This document shows positions 9,671-19,617 of a stretch of 64,000 nucleotides of DNA, one piece after another. The DNA comes from Candidatus Woesearchaeota archaeon (GTDB lineage: Archaea; Nanobdellota; Nanobdellia; Woesearchaeales; UBA583), in contig OZ242164.1 of assembly GCA_965205335.1 (NCBI GenBank), positions 552,713 through 616,712 on the forward strand, written 5' to 3'. Position 1 is the stretch's first letter, and the number at the start of each line of letters is the position of its first letter. Position numbers and translations under genes: made by a program. A model generated the notes under the pieces. It was not told the origin of the DNA. It was given only the letters and a program-made list of their open reading frames with translations, and ran no database searches.

Positions 9671-10592
9671 TATGAAAAGAAAATTTAATCCGAGATGGAG
9701 TAGAGAACTCAACCTAAGAGAAAATGAATATGAAATTCAATCAGATTTTAAACTCATCTTATCCCTACTAAAAGAACTCCTCTTTTACATCATAATGCTT
9801 ATTCCAAATCTTGCTGCAATGCTACTTTATTTAATTATAGGAAGAACCGATAAGGCCGGTGAATTTTTTTCAAAAATATTTCTTGAACCATTTAAAATAT
9901 TTGCAAAAATAACCCAATGGTTTTTTCAGGCAAAATACACAGGATTTCTAATTATCTTCTTATTTGCCATCTTTATAATCCAAATTCTATTTATTAACCA
10001 GAGCGAAACTCTTCTACAATCTCTAATGTCCCATCCTAATAACCTTGCAAATGGAAACTACTGGGGTGTTTTCACATCTTTATTTTTGCATGCTAACATT
10101 TCTCATCTGCTATCAAACCTATTAGCCCTCTTAGTATTTGGAAGAATTGTCGAAAAGCACTTTGGATTCAATGTCATTACAGCCTTTATCTCAAGTGGAA
10201 TAATTGCAAACATTGTTTCTAATTACATATGGCTATACCTAGGAGATATTGCATACAGCCTTGGAGCAAGTTCAGGTGTTGCAGGACTTATAATCCTTGC
10301 AATCCTTCTTGAACCATTTGCTATCACAAGCGTCTTTATCGTCCCACTCCCAATATTTTTAGTGGGATGGTTTCTAATTGCTCTTGATTTGATTGGACTA
10401 TCAAACCCATCCCAGACAAACCACTTGGCTCACCTAAGCGGTTATAGCACACTATTAATACTATTTTTCTTTTTAGAATTTAGAAATAGAAAAAAAATAA
10501 AATATGGACTGCTTATTAACTTAGGATTTCTTTTACTTGGATACTTAGTAATAAATCTCATAGGTATCAATTTCTTTAAAAAAATAATATGA
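9654..10592 (+). CDS. Rhomboid-family intramembrane serine protease
   Basis: GASSGVAGLI (GxSG catalytic Ser) and HLAHLSG (catalytic His) in TM helices; 6-7 TM. Confidence 0.75.
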   Translation: MRYLINMKRKFNPRWSRELNLRENEYEIQSDFKLILSLLKELLFYIIMLIPNLAAMLLYLIIGRTDKAGEFFSKIFLEPFKIFAKITQWFFQAKYTGFLIIFLFAIFIIQILFINQSETLLQSLMSHPNNLANGNYWGVFTSLFLHANISHLLSNLLALLVFGRIVEKHFGFNVITAFISSGIIANIVSNYIWLYLGDIAYSLGASSGVAGLIILAILLEPFAITSVFIVPLPIFLVGWFLIALDLIGLSNPSQTNHLAHLSGYSTLLILFFFLEFRNRKKIKYGLLINLGFLLLGYLVINLIGINFFKKII

Positions 10593-10615
10593 TAAAACTC
10601 AAATAATTTAAGAAA

Positions 10616-11131
10616 TCAAACTAAAGAATTGGACTTGCCAATGACTTCCTCATATTCTCTTATATTCCTCTTAAGAGCCTCAATCTTTCCTTCTTTATTT
10701 TCTTCATTCATTAAAGAAGAGCAAACAGGACATGAAAAATTTGATTCAAGGGCACTCTCAAACGACAGCCTCTTGCAAAAGTTTGGACAAATGTAAAATA
10801 TTGAAGTCTCCTCATTCTCTAATCTCTCTTTGAACTGTCCTAACTTTATTTTCTTCTCATTTCTATAAACAGTCTCAAAGTTCTGAGGTAAAACCCTCCA
10901 GTAATAAAGATACCAACCTTTTTCTTTATCCTTTCTTCTATCATAATCAATTAAGTTCCTTGATTTTAACTCATAAAGAATACTTCTAATCTGTCCAACT
11001 GTTAATCCAATCTTCTCATTAATGTCAAATTCTGAATATCCGGGGTTCTTATACAAGCATTCCACAACCCGCGCCGCATCTTCTCCAATTAATTCATATG
11101 TAATATCAAATAATCTGTTAGTGTCTACCAC
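10616..11131 (-). CDS. tfe: Transcription factor E (TFE/TFIIE-alpha homolog)
   Basis: N-terminal winged helix (DITYELIGEDAARVVECLYK...) plus a C-terminal Zn ribbon CPNFC...CPVC. Start called at GTG 11129-11131 because a TATA box tttataaat lies 24 nt upstream; the track's longer ORF to 11203 begins with an implausible hydrophobic peptide. Confidence 0.55.
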   Translation of the reverse strand: MVDTNRLFDITYELIGEDAARVVECLYKNPGYSEFDINEKIGLTVGQIRSILYELKSRNLIDYDRRKDKEKGWYLYYWRVLPQNFETVYRNEKKIKLGQFKERLENEETSIFYICPNFCKRLSFESALESNFSCPVCSSLMNEENKEGKIEALKRNIREYEEVIGKSNSLV

Positions 11132-11155
11132 GATTCTTAACTTATGGTTTTTTGG

Positions 11156-11170
11156 ATTTATAAATATATC
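11156..11170 (-). promoter_or_regulatory. BRE/TATA promoter of tfe (leaderless)
   Basis: Minus-strand aaaatagatatatttataaat with TATA at 11156-11164, 24 nt upstream of the GTG start. Confidence 0.4.
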
Positions 11171-11275
11171 TATTTTAACAACATAATAGATATATATTAA
11201 CATTTATTTAAAGTTGTGTTTAATAAGAGAGGACAAATATTTATAAATGATTCCAAGAAGCAAATAATGTAATAC

Positions 11276-11875
11276 ATGGCTTATAACACTAACAAAAAGG
11301 GAGCACAAGGGATTGGAACACTTATTATTTTCATTACCTTAATTCTTGTGGCAGCAGCAGTAGCAGGTGTGTTAATACAAACTGCAAGTAGTCTTCAATC
11401 CAAATCTTTAGGTGTTGGAAGACAATCATTAGAGAAAGTAACAACCAATATTATAGTAATCCAAGTATACGCCAAAGACACAAGTGATAGATATATTACA
11501 AACGACAAAGATAATCTCACAGTACTAATAAAACTTGAGGCAGGAAATGAACCGATTAAGTTTGAAGATTTGTTTATAAAAATTGAAAGTAATTATGGTG
11601 CAGCCTCTTACTCATACAATAGAGGAGGTGAAATTTTCGATTCTGATACATATAGTGCCAGACATATAAGTATAGACCCCAAAGCCTCCCAATACCTAAG
11701 TGATGGCAAAATTGCAGAAATAAAATTCACTTACAGTAGTGATTCTGCAAGCGCAGACATCGGAGAAGACGAAGCATTAACCCTATTAATTGTGCATAAG
11801 AATGGAACTGTAAGACTTACTCAGATGACTACTCCCTCAGTAATGTTAAAAAAAATTACACACCTTTACCCATAA
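11276..11875 (+). CDS. Archaellin (archaeal flagellin FlaB/ArlB) with class III signal peptide
   Basis: KKGAQGIGTLIIFITLILVAAAVAGVLIQTASSLQ is the archaellin N-terminal domain. No other arl/fla genes are present in the window. Confidence 0.7.
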   Translation: MAYNTNKKGAQGIGTLIIFITLILVAAAVAGVLIQTASSLQSKSLGVGRQSLEKVTTNIIVIQVYAKDTSDRYITNDKDNLTVLIKLEAGNEPIKFEDLFIKIESNYGAASYSYNRGGEIFDSDTYSARHISIDPKASQYLSDGKIAEIKFTYSSDSASADIGEDEALTLLIVHKNGTVRLTQMTTPSVMLKKITHLYP

Positions 11876-12089
11876 AATAAAATCCCTTTATCTTTTTTGA
11901 TTCCTTCATTATTAATTCCCTTATTCCTTCTTTATCTCTTTATTAGTGTTACTATCTGCTAACAACAAATATTTAAAATACATTTTTACAAATAGATAAT
12001 ATGAAATATACTAAAAATACTATATCTAAGGATAATCTACCATACTTTTTAAGATATAGTCTGAATTCAAGAGGAGGTGGAATTTTAAG

Positions 12090-15000
12090 ATGTCATACAT
12101 CAAAAGAATGAAACTAAAAGGGTTCAAATCATTTGCCAATCCAATAGTTTTAACATTTGAAAAGGGTTTCAACACAGTTATTGGTGCCAATGGTTCTGGA
12201 AAATCAAATGTATTTGATGCTCTGTGCTTCGTTCTAGGAAGAATGAGTTCAAAAGAACTTAGAACTGAAAAACTAGGGAATCTGGTTTTCAACGGCGGAA
12301 AGAACTTAAAACCATCAAAAGAAGCTCATGTTAGCGTTTATTTATCAAACGACAAAAGAGAACTGCTTGACAGCGATTTAAACGAGGTTAAAGTCACAAG
12401 AATAGTAACAAAAGAAGGAAAATCAAAATATCTCCTAAACAACGAAAAAGTTACAAGAACAGAGATTGTTGAAGTTTTAAACAGAGCAAGAATTGACCCT
12501 GATGGTTATAACATCATTCTTCAAGGAGACATCACAAGAATAGTTAACATGACTCCAAACGAGAGAAGAGAACTAATAGAAGAAATCTCAAACGTATGGG
12601 GTTATGAAGAAAAAAAACAAAAAGCAATTAAAAAATTAGACAAAGTTGAACTTGATTTAAAAGAAGCTGATCTTCTAATGGAAGAAAAAGCAAAATACAT
12701 TAAAGAACTTAAATCAGAAAAAGAACAGGCGGAAAAATACAAAGTTGCAAAAGAAGATTTAAGATACAATAGGTTGCTTCTAATAAAATCTAAAATTATC
12801 AGAAATACCTTCCTTAAAAAAAACAAAGAAAAAGAACTTGAAAAAAAAGAAGAGGAATTCACAAAATACAAGAACAAACTTGATGAATTTGAGAAAATCT
12901 CAAAAGATATTGGCTCAAAAATTGAAAAAATCGGAAAAGAGATTGAAATTAAATCACATAACAACTTCATTTCTATTACTAATAAAATCACAGAACTTGA
13001 ATCAAATATAACTTCTCTAAAAGAGAAAAAAGCAGAACATAAAAAGCAAAAAGCAGAACTTGAAGGAAAAAACAAAAACCTTAAAGCAGACATTGAGAAT
13101 AACAAAAAAGAAATTAAAAAACTTGAAATTCAGATTTTAGATTTGAACAAGAGAAAAGATATCACAAAAAAAGATTTTAACTCCTGCGATGAAAAACTAT
13201 CCAAACTAAAAAAGAATCTATCTTCTGATGTTTTCGAAAAAATTGAAGACATAGAAAAAGGGATTGAAGAACTAAATTCCAAAAAACATGATAAAGGATT
13301 AATCAGATATGACAATGCAATCCAAATTGAAAAATTAAATACAAAAATTGAACACTTAGAAGAAGACAGAGCAAAGATTGAAAAATTAAACGCACAAAAC
13401 AAAAGTTCAGCAAATGAATTAGAAACTCATAGAAAAGAACTCAAAAAATTAATTGTTCAAATCTCAGACAAAGCAAACAAGTCAAGTGAAACCTCCGCTA
13501 AACTAAACAGTCTTCAAAGGGAATATTCAGAAGTGGTTGAAGAAAACAACCGCCTTAAAATAAAACTTGATTCTTCTCGCGAGGCTATTGCATTAAATAA
13601 AGCCGTTGATACAATAATAAAACTAAAACCATCAGACTCCTCAATACTTGGAACTGTTGCAGAACTTGCAAGCGTTAGTGAAAAATACTCAAAAGCTCTT
13701 GAAACTGCGGCAGGCAAATCCTTATTCAATATCGTTGTACGTGACGATAGAACTGCAATTAAACATATCAACTATCTAAAAGAACACAAAATAGGAAGTG
13801 CTACTTTTCTGCCTCTAAACAAAGTTAATGCCAAAGTTCATTTAGATAATCAAGTTCTTGCAAAAAGAGGTGTTATTGATTATGCCCTTAATCTAATTAA
13901 ATTCAACAAAGAATACGAAAGCATTTTTAATTTAATATTTGGAGATTTGCTTATTATTGAAAGAATCGAAGATGCAAAATCCATTGGCATTGGGGATTAT
14001 AAAATGGTAAGTCTTGACGGTGATTTCGTTTCAAAATCAGGTGCTATGTCAGGTGGATTTAAATCAAGAAAAAACAGTTTAGGATTACTTAAAGACAATA
14101 AACTTGAAAAGAAAGCAAAAGATATAGAAAACAGAGCATTAAGCCTTAAATCAGCCATTAATCACTTGCAAGAAGAAAAAGAAAATACAGAAAAAGAAAT
14201 ATATGATTTAAGACATCACAAAATTGAAGTTGAAGGTGAGATTGCAAAACTTGAAAAACTTCTCTCAATTGAAGGACGTGACATAAGTACTCTAAACTCA
14301 GACATTGAAAATATTTTATCTGATAAAATAATTATTGAAAACAGCCTGAAAAAAATAGATAAAGATATTAACCAACTTAACTCTCAAATTGAAAAATTAA
14401 ACTCTAAGAAAAATGAACTCAAAGTACATTCAGGAAGTTCTGGAAATGTTATAAAAGATATTAGCGAATTTGAAGGCCAAAGAGAGAAACTTCGCGAGAA
14501 ACTATCAGAAATAACATCAGAAATTGATACGCGAAATATCCAAATTAAAAATGTTTTAACACCTGATATTACCCAGTCAATGAAAAATCTAAGTGAGGGG
14601 GAATCTGCACTAACGAATATTTCAAAATTACTCAAAGAATTAGACAACGAAATTAAGAAATCCCAATCTTCTTTAAAGGAAAATCAGGCAATAGAAAAAG
14701 AACTATCAAAGGAACACAAAGGACTTATTTCACAAAGAGATAATCTGCGTGAAGATAAAAAGAAACTTGAATTAAAATACGAAAAAGAATTTAACCTGTT
14801 TGATAAAATAAAAGAACAATGTTCACAGATAAGGCACACCATCTCAGAATTTAATACCTTAAATGAGACATTAGATGAAGAACTTGAAACATCTTATAAA
14901 GACGTTAAGATGGAACTTTTATCTGATGATGAGACAACAGGGAAAGGTAAATTAGAAGAATTATTAAATTCCGTTGAAAAGGCTTTATCCCAGAATTTAT

Positions 15001-15701
15001 GGGATGTTAAAGAACTTCAAAACAAAGTTAATAACCTAAAATCAAGAATTAGTTCCTTTGGAGCAATTAATATGAAAGCAGTTGAAGTTTATGACAAACT
15101 AAACGAAGAATTTTCAAAATTGCTTGAGAAAAGAGAAACTCTCAACAATGAAAGAAGAGACATTCTTAATTTTGTAGAGGAGATGGACAATAAGAAAAGA
15201 GAGAGATTTATGGAAACATTTAATGAACTTAAAACTAATTTCACTCATGTTTTCTCCAAATTATCAACAAAAGGAGAAGTTGAAATTATAATTGAAGACG
15301 AAAAAAATTTATGGGAGAGCGGGGTTTTAATAAGAGTTAAACTGTCCCAGAAAAATTACTTAGACATTAAAGCTCTGTCAGGAGGGGAGAAGAGTATTAC
15401 CGCTGTTGCATTTATTTTTGCAGTTCAGGAATTCAACCCTGCATCCTTCTACATATTTGATGAAATTGATGCCTCTCTTGATATTGTAAATTGTGAAAAA
15501 CTTGGAAAACTTGTCCGTGAGAATGCCCACAAGGCTCAGTATATTGTAGTTAGTCACAGCGAACGTTTTATTCAGTCCGCCCAGAGCATTTATGGGGTTA
15601 CAATGGACAACTCAAAAATCAGTTCAATTGTATCACTTGACTTAAAAGGAATGAAAGACTATGTAGACACTAATGCAACCCCTGCCCCTAATGAAGTTTA
15701 A
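12090..15701 (+). CDS. smc: SMC chromosome condensation ATPase
   Basis: Walker A GANGSGKSN, hinge, signature LSGGEKS, Walker B FYIFDEIDASLD, long coiled coils. Shine-Dalgarno gaggaggtgg upstream. Confidence 0.9.
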   Translation: MSYIKRMKLKGFKSFANPIVLTFEKGFNTVIGANGSGKSNVFDALCFVLGRMSSKELRTEKLGNLVFNGGKNLKPSKEAHVSVYLSNDKRELLDSDLNEVKVTRIVTKEGKSKYLLNNEKVTRTEIVEVLNRARIDPDGYNIILQGDITRIVNMTPNERRELIEEISNVWGYEEKKQKAIKKLDKVELDLKEADLLMEEKAKYIKELKSEKEQAEKYKVAKEDLRYNRLLLIKSKIIRNTFLKKNKEKELEKKEEEFTKYKNKLDEFEKISKDIGSKIEKIGKEIEIKSHNNFISITNKITELESNITSLKEKKAEHKKQKAELEGKNKNLKADIENNKKEIKKLEIQILDLNKRKDITKKDFNSCDEKLSKLKKNLSSDVFEKIEDIEKGIEELNSKKHDKGLIRYDNAIQIEKLNTKIEHLEEDRAKIEKLNAQNKSSANELETHRKELKKLIVQISDKANKSSETSAKLNSLQREYSEVVEENNRLKIKLDSSREAIALNKAVDTIIKLKPSDSSILGTVAELASVSEKYSKALETAAGKSLFNIVVRDDRTAIKHINYLKEHKIGSATFLPLNKVNAKVHLDNQVLAKRGVIDYALNLIKFNKEYESIFNLIFGDLLIIERIEDAKSIGIGDYKMVSLDGDFVSKSGAMSGGFKSRKNSLGLLKDNKLEKKAKDIENRALSLKSAINHLQEEKENTEKEIYDLRHHKIEVEGEIAKLEKLLSIEGRDISTLNSDIENILSDKIIIENSLKKIDKDINQLNSQIEKLNSKKNELKVHSGSSGNVIKDISEFEGQREKLREKLSEITSEIDTRNIQIKNVLTPDITQSMKNLSEGESALTNISKLLKELDNEIKKSQSSLKENQAIEKELSKEHKGLISQRDNLREDKKKLELKYEKEFNLFDKIKEQCSQIRHTISEFNTLNETLDEELETSYKDVKMELLSDDETTGKGKLEELLNSVEKALSQNLWDVKELQNKVNNLKSRISSFGAINMKAVEVYDKLNEEFSKLLEKRETLNNERRDILNFVEEMDNKKRERFMETFNELKTNFTHVFSKLSTKGEVEIIIEDEKNLWESGVLIRVKLSQKNYLDIKALSGGEKSITAVAFIFAVQEFNPASFYIFDEIDASLDIVNCEKLGKLVRENAHKAQYIVVSHSERFIQSAQSIYGVTMDNSKISSIVSLDLKGMKDYVDTNATPAPNEV

Positions 15702-15727
15702 CTTTTAATAAACAATAAATCTAATTC

Positions 15728-15982
15728 TCAGAGGGTTTCAAGAGTCTTTAGAATATCATCCATCTCATCCTTTGGAATCTTCTTTTTAGTAAAACTCTTA
15801 TTCCCAACAGACAACCTATTAATTTTATCATTTAAAATTGCAAGAGCAACCCAAATCTGAGCCTTTGACTTATCCTCTGCTCTAGAAATTGCATAATCAT
15901 ATTCCTTAGTCTCCTTCACCAACTCACTTAAATTCTGCTCAATTAAAGAATCCAAATTTTCCCTAAATTCCCTGTCTGTCAT
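15728..15982 (-). CDS. Hypothetical small protein
   Basis: 84-aa ORF. Confidence 0.3.
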   Translation of the reverse strand: MTDREFRENLDSLIEQNLSELVKETKEYDYAISRAEDKSKAQIWVALAILNDKINRLSVGNKSFTKKKIPKDEMDDILKTLETL

Positions 15983-16069
15983 AAATACTTATAGGTTAAC
16001 TTTACTTATAAACTTTGCTTTTGTCTTTAAATAGTTGCGACAAACAGAAAAATTTATAAATACCTAACA

Positions 16070-16477
16070 TTGGCGATTAACTACCAAGGAGATATAAAAA
16101 TGAAAGGAACTAAATGTAAATTAAAAATTCTGGTGGGAATTCTAATTGCTCTCCTTATAATTATTGGATTCATTATATTATACCAATCCACAAATGAAGA
16201 TGTAAAAACTCAGCCACCAGTCAATTCAAGCACTGAAATAGTGGATTTTAAACCATTACAAAAAATGGAAAAACCAAAAACTACACAAATCGTAACAGAT
16301 AAATTCACTCAGAAATTAGATACAAAAGGCAATGTTGTTGTGGTAAAAGTAGATGGTAAAATGTACATAGCTCGAAAAGGAACAGTCCTAACAGATGGGA
16401 TGATAATAACTGCAAACAAAGAATCATACGAAATAAGAAGACTAAACAATGAAAGAGCATCTGTTTCATCAAATTAA
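16070..16477 (+). CDS. Hypothetical membrane-anchored protein
   Basis: N-terminal TM ILVGILIALLIIIGFIILY; likely start at internal Met MKGTKCK. Confidence 0.4.
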   Translation: MAINYQGDIKMKGTKCKLKILVGILIALLIIIGFIILYQSTNEDVKTQPPVNSSTEIVDFKPLQKMEKPKTTQIVTDKFTQKLDTKGNVVVVKVDGKMYIARKGTVLTDGMIITANKESYEIRRLNNERASVSSN

Positions 16478-16571
16478 ACTCTTATTTTTCCTTCTTTTAT
16501 GATCTATAAACTTTAACCAAAAACCCTAGCAAACAAAACATAAAGAATTCAGATACTGCTTCAAAGTTAAA

Positions 16572-19500
16572 ATGGCTCAATATATTTGTAAACTAAAATT
16601 AAACTATATGGAACTAGTCAAAGATGATACAATTAAAAAAATCATACTAGTTTTAGTTCTTCTTTTTGGAGTATCCTTAGTTCTCGGAGCAACAAGCAAT
16701 GGCGAGCCAGATTTTTATGATGATCCCTATGCACCTAACTCTTATGATGATCCCTACTCTTCTGGATCTTATAATGATCCCCATACACCTAACTATGATG
16801 ATCCCTACACTCCTGGATTTTATGATGATCCCTATGCACCTGGCTATTATGATCCCCATACACCTAACCATGATGATCCCTATGCACCTGGCTATTATGA
16901 TCCCCATACACCTAACTATGATGATCCCTACACTCCTGGATTTTATGATGATCCCTATACACCTGGATTTTATGATAATAATTATGATGCTGTGGATGGA
17001 GTTTGCGGTGTAGATGTTGATACATGTAAAAACGGGACCTACAAGAGCCTTCTGGATAATTCAACCCATTATTTATGGAATTGCATAGGATTAAATGGTG
17101 GAAGTGATGCATCTTGCAGTAAACCAAAATCTTCTACTGATGGAGTATGTGATAATTCTGGAAGAAATAGATGTTCAAGTGGAAGTTCTAATGATGGAGC
17201 ACATGCAGATACAACTTGTGAGCATAGATGGCGTTGTGATGGAGTACGTGGAGGAAGTAATTCGGGTATGTGCAGTATAGTCAAACCAAGCCGAATTGTA
17301 AATGGAGTATGTGATAATTCTGGAAGGAATAGATGTTCAAGTGGAGATGATAATGATGAGGCTGTCACAGATACAACCACTCACTATAGATGGCGTTGTG
17401 GTGGAAGTTGTGGTGGAAGTAATTCAGGAACGTGTAGTTATCCTATACCACCATCTTCTATTGATGGTGTTTGTGGTTCAAGTGTTAATAGTTGTATTGA
17501 TGGAACTTTGAGTGATATTGGAGATAATTCAACCCATTATTTATGGAATTGCATAGGATTAAATGGTGGAAGTGATGCATCTTGCAGTAAACCAAAATCT
17601 TCTACTGATGGAGTATGTGATAATTCTGGAAGAAATAGATGTTCAAGTGGAAGTTCTAATGATGGAGCACATGCAGATACAACTTGTGAGCATAGATGGC
17701 GTTGTGATGGAGTACGTGGAGGAAGTAATTCGGGTATGTGCAGTATAGTCAAACCAAGCCGAATTGTAAATGGAGTATGTGATAATTCTGGAAGGAATAG
17801 ATGTTCAAGTGGAGATGATAATGATGAGGCTGTCACAGATACAACCACTCACTATAGATGGCGTTGTGGTGGAAGTTGTGGTGGAAGTAATTCAGGAACG
17901 TGTAGTTATCCTATACCACCATCTTCTATTGATGGTGTTTGTGGTTCAAGTGTTAATAGTTGTATTGATGGAACTTTGAGTGATATTGGAGATAATTCAA
18001 CCCATTATTTATGGAATTGCATAGGGTTAAATGGCGGAAGTAACGCTTCATGTAATGAAAGAATATCATTAAATGAAGATGATAATACCTCAAATAGAAA
18101 TAATTCTAATAATAATTCAGAAAAGATTAAATTAAATATTATTTTTGGCTCATATTATGATAAATTATACCGTCCTTCTCAAGAACATATTCAACTTGAA
18201 TTTTCACAGAGAAATCTCTTTATGAATTGCAATGAGTTTGAAATCGATATTACACTAAATAATGAGTTTAACTACAAATATGATTTTCAAAAAAGAGTGA
18301 TTCCTGTGCATCTTGGTATTGGTCTTTTCGACATAACACTTGATGAACTCAGAAATGAATCAGACACTGTTAAGTATAACGCAGTTCTATCTGGAAAATG
18401 TGAAAACAATCCTAACAAAAGAACAACACTCTTATCGCAAGAAGGAACATTTCAAATACCTCCTTTTGATGTTACCTATGATCGGCTTACTAATAAGATA
18501 AGAATTAAACTCCCTGGATATACCCATTTAGAAAATTATGATATATATATGTTTAATATTACATTACACAATAAATTTAGTCTCACGTCTATATTTGAAC
18601 AACTTTCAAATAGAAAAGAATCATTTATAGAATTTAGTGTTGAACCTTCATTATTAGATAAACTTAGAGAAGAACCAGACTTAGTTAAATACAATGCAAT
18701 TCTTTATGGAGGAAAAACTGTAGGAGGGGATGAAAACCATTTGAATTTCAGCAAAATACTTGGTTCACAAGAAGGACTGTTTCTAATCCAGTTTCTAACC
18801 CTGTATGGTGAACAGTATGGTGAAGAAGGATGTGGGGGATACTGTGATATAGGACCTTTTCTATGGATGGGTGATGGAGATCACTCAAAATATGACTTAT
18901 TTTTTGTATTTGAGGGCAAAACAGTTGAGGAAGTAGAGGACCAATTAGATAGACATTTTAGAAACGGAGATTATTCTTTGTTTAAAACAAACCCTTTTAT
19001 TGAACAAGAAGATAAGTTTAATATTTATTATGCAATAATTTCAGATGCATATGATTATAAACTGAATAAGGAATGTAAATGGGGAACTTATCCCAGACCA
19101 GATTCTCATTTCAACAACATCTTCGCTCAATATGATTGGATAGATGGAGAAGTTCATTTTAGTCAGAACCCATCTGTATGGCCTTATGCTAAGTATGGTA
19201 AGTATATTCAGATGTCTTATGCTTGTTACAGATCTGTTTGGGGTGTCAATTGGGATAAAACTTTTGTCCATGAATTTGGGCATCTGTTCGGCTCTTTGAG
19301 AGATGAATACATTTATCCTTCTTTATCAGATAATAATGCTCGTTCACATGACAGAAAAAATTGTCTTTACATAAGGGAACTAGTGGGTAAAAAATGTGAA
19401 AATGGATGTGAACTAAAAGGAACTCACAGATGGGAACATATTCCAAACTTTGATGGAGAAGTACTCTCTGGATGTAAACATCCTCTTCTTTTTAGGGGTG

Positions 19501-19616
19501 AATTTAATAGTATCATGAGAAACGAATTGCAATTTTATAAAGACACTTGGGCAGGTGGTTGGGGTCCAGTTAATGAGTATTATCTAAGAGAAAAGTTAGA
19601 GGAGAATTATAGTTAA
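16572..19616 (+). CDS. Large surface protein: signal anchor, Tyr/Pro/Asp-rich 9-aa repeats, duplicated Cys-rich modules and a C-terminal M64-like (IgA-peptidase type) zinc metalloprotease domain
   Basis: N-terminal hydrophobic segment; (DDPYxPGxY) x about 12; modules DGVCG...THYLWNCIGLNGGS...C; C-terminal VHEFGHLFGSLRDEY matches the M64 HEFGHxFxxLxDEY signature. Confidence 0.7.
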   Translation: MAQYICKLKLNYMELVKDDTIKKIILVLVLLFGVSLVLGATSNGEPDFYDDPYAPNSYDDPYSSGSYNDPHTPNYDDPYTPGFYDDPYAPGYYDPHTPNHDDPYAPGYYDPHTPNYDDPYTPGFYDDPYTPGFYDNNYDAVDGVCGVDVDTCKNGTYKSLLDNSTHYLWNCIGLNGGSDASCSKPKSSTDGVCDNSGRNRCSSGSSNDGAHADTTCEHRWRCDGVRGGSNSGMCSIVKPSRIVNGVCDNSGRNRCSSGDDNDEAVTDTTTHYRWRCGGSCGGSNSGTCSYPIPPSSIDGVCGSSVNSCIDGTLSDIGDNSTHYLWNCIGLNGGSDASCSKPKSSTDGVCDNSGRNRCSSGSSNDGAHADTTCEHRWRCDGVRGGSNSGMCSIVKPSRIVNGVCDNSGRNRCSSGDDNDEAVTDTTTHYRWRCGGSCGGSNSGTCSYPIPPSSIDGVCGSSVNSCIDGTLSDIGDNSTHYLWNCIGLNGGSNASCNERISLNEDDNTSNRNNSNNNSEKIKLNIIFGSYYDKLYRPSQEHIQLEFSQRNLFMNCNEFEIDITLNNEFNYKYDFQKRVIPVHLGIGLFDITLDELRNESDTVKYNAVLSGKCENNPNKRTTLLSQEGTFQIPPFDVTYDRLTNKIRIKLPGYTHLENYDIYMFNITLHNKFSLTSIFEQLSNRKESFIEFSVEPSLLDKLREEPDLVKYNAILYGGKTVGGDENHLNFSKILGSQEGLFLIQFLTLYGEQYGEEGCGGYCDIGPFLWMGDGDHSKYDLFFVFEGKTVEEVEDQLDRHFRNGDYSLFKTNPFIEQEDKFNIYYAIISDAYDYKLNKECKWGTYPRPDSHFNNIFAQYDWIDGEVHFSQNPSVWPYAKYGKYIQMSYACYRSVWGVNWDKTFVHEFGHLFGSLRDEYIYPSLSDNNARSHDRKNCLYIRELVGKKCENGCELKGTHRWEHIPNFDGEVLSGCKHPLLFRGEFNSIMRNELQFYKDTWAGGWGPVNEYYLREKLEENYS
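16720..16985. repeat. Imperfect 27-nt tandem repeats encoding DDPYxPGxY
   Basis: gatgatccctaYRcMcctggMtWttat units repeated in frame inside the large ORF. Confidence 0.6.
17055..17990. repeat. Two identical 468-bp tandem copies (17055-17522 and 17523-17990) with a diverged third start
   Basis: Sequence beginning ataattcaacccattatttatggaattgcatag recurs at 17055, 17523 and 17991; the ORF-track pairs 17069-17380/17537-17848 etc. are identical. Confidence 0.85.
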
Positions 19617-19617
19617 A

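Noticed and set aside
12602-14647. Antisense ORFs inside smc (12602-13105, 13130-13402, 13514-13771, 14384-14647)
   Set aside because: Ser/Phe/Leu-rich artefacts of the AAG/GAA-rich coding strand. smc has clear Walker, hinge and signature motifs.
16677-17979. Nine short ORFs on both strands across the repeat region of the surface-protein gene
   Set aside because: Repeat-induced frame artefacts. The identical pairs simply reflect the 468-bp duplication.
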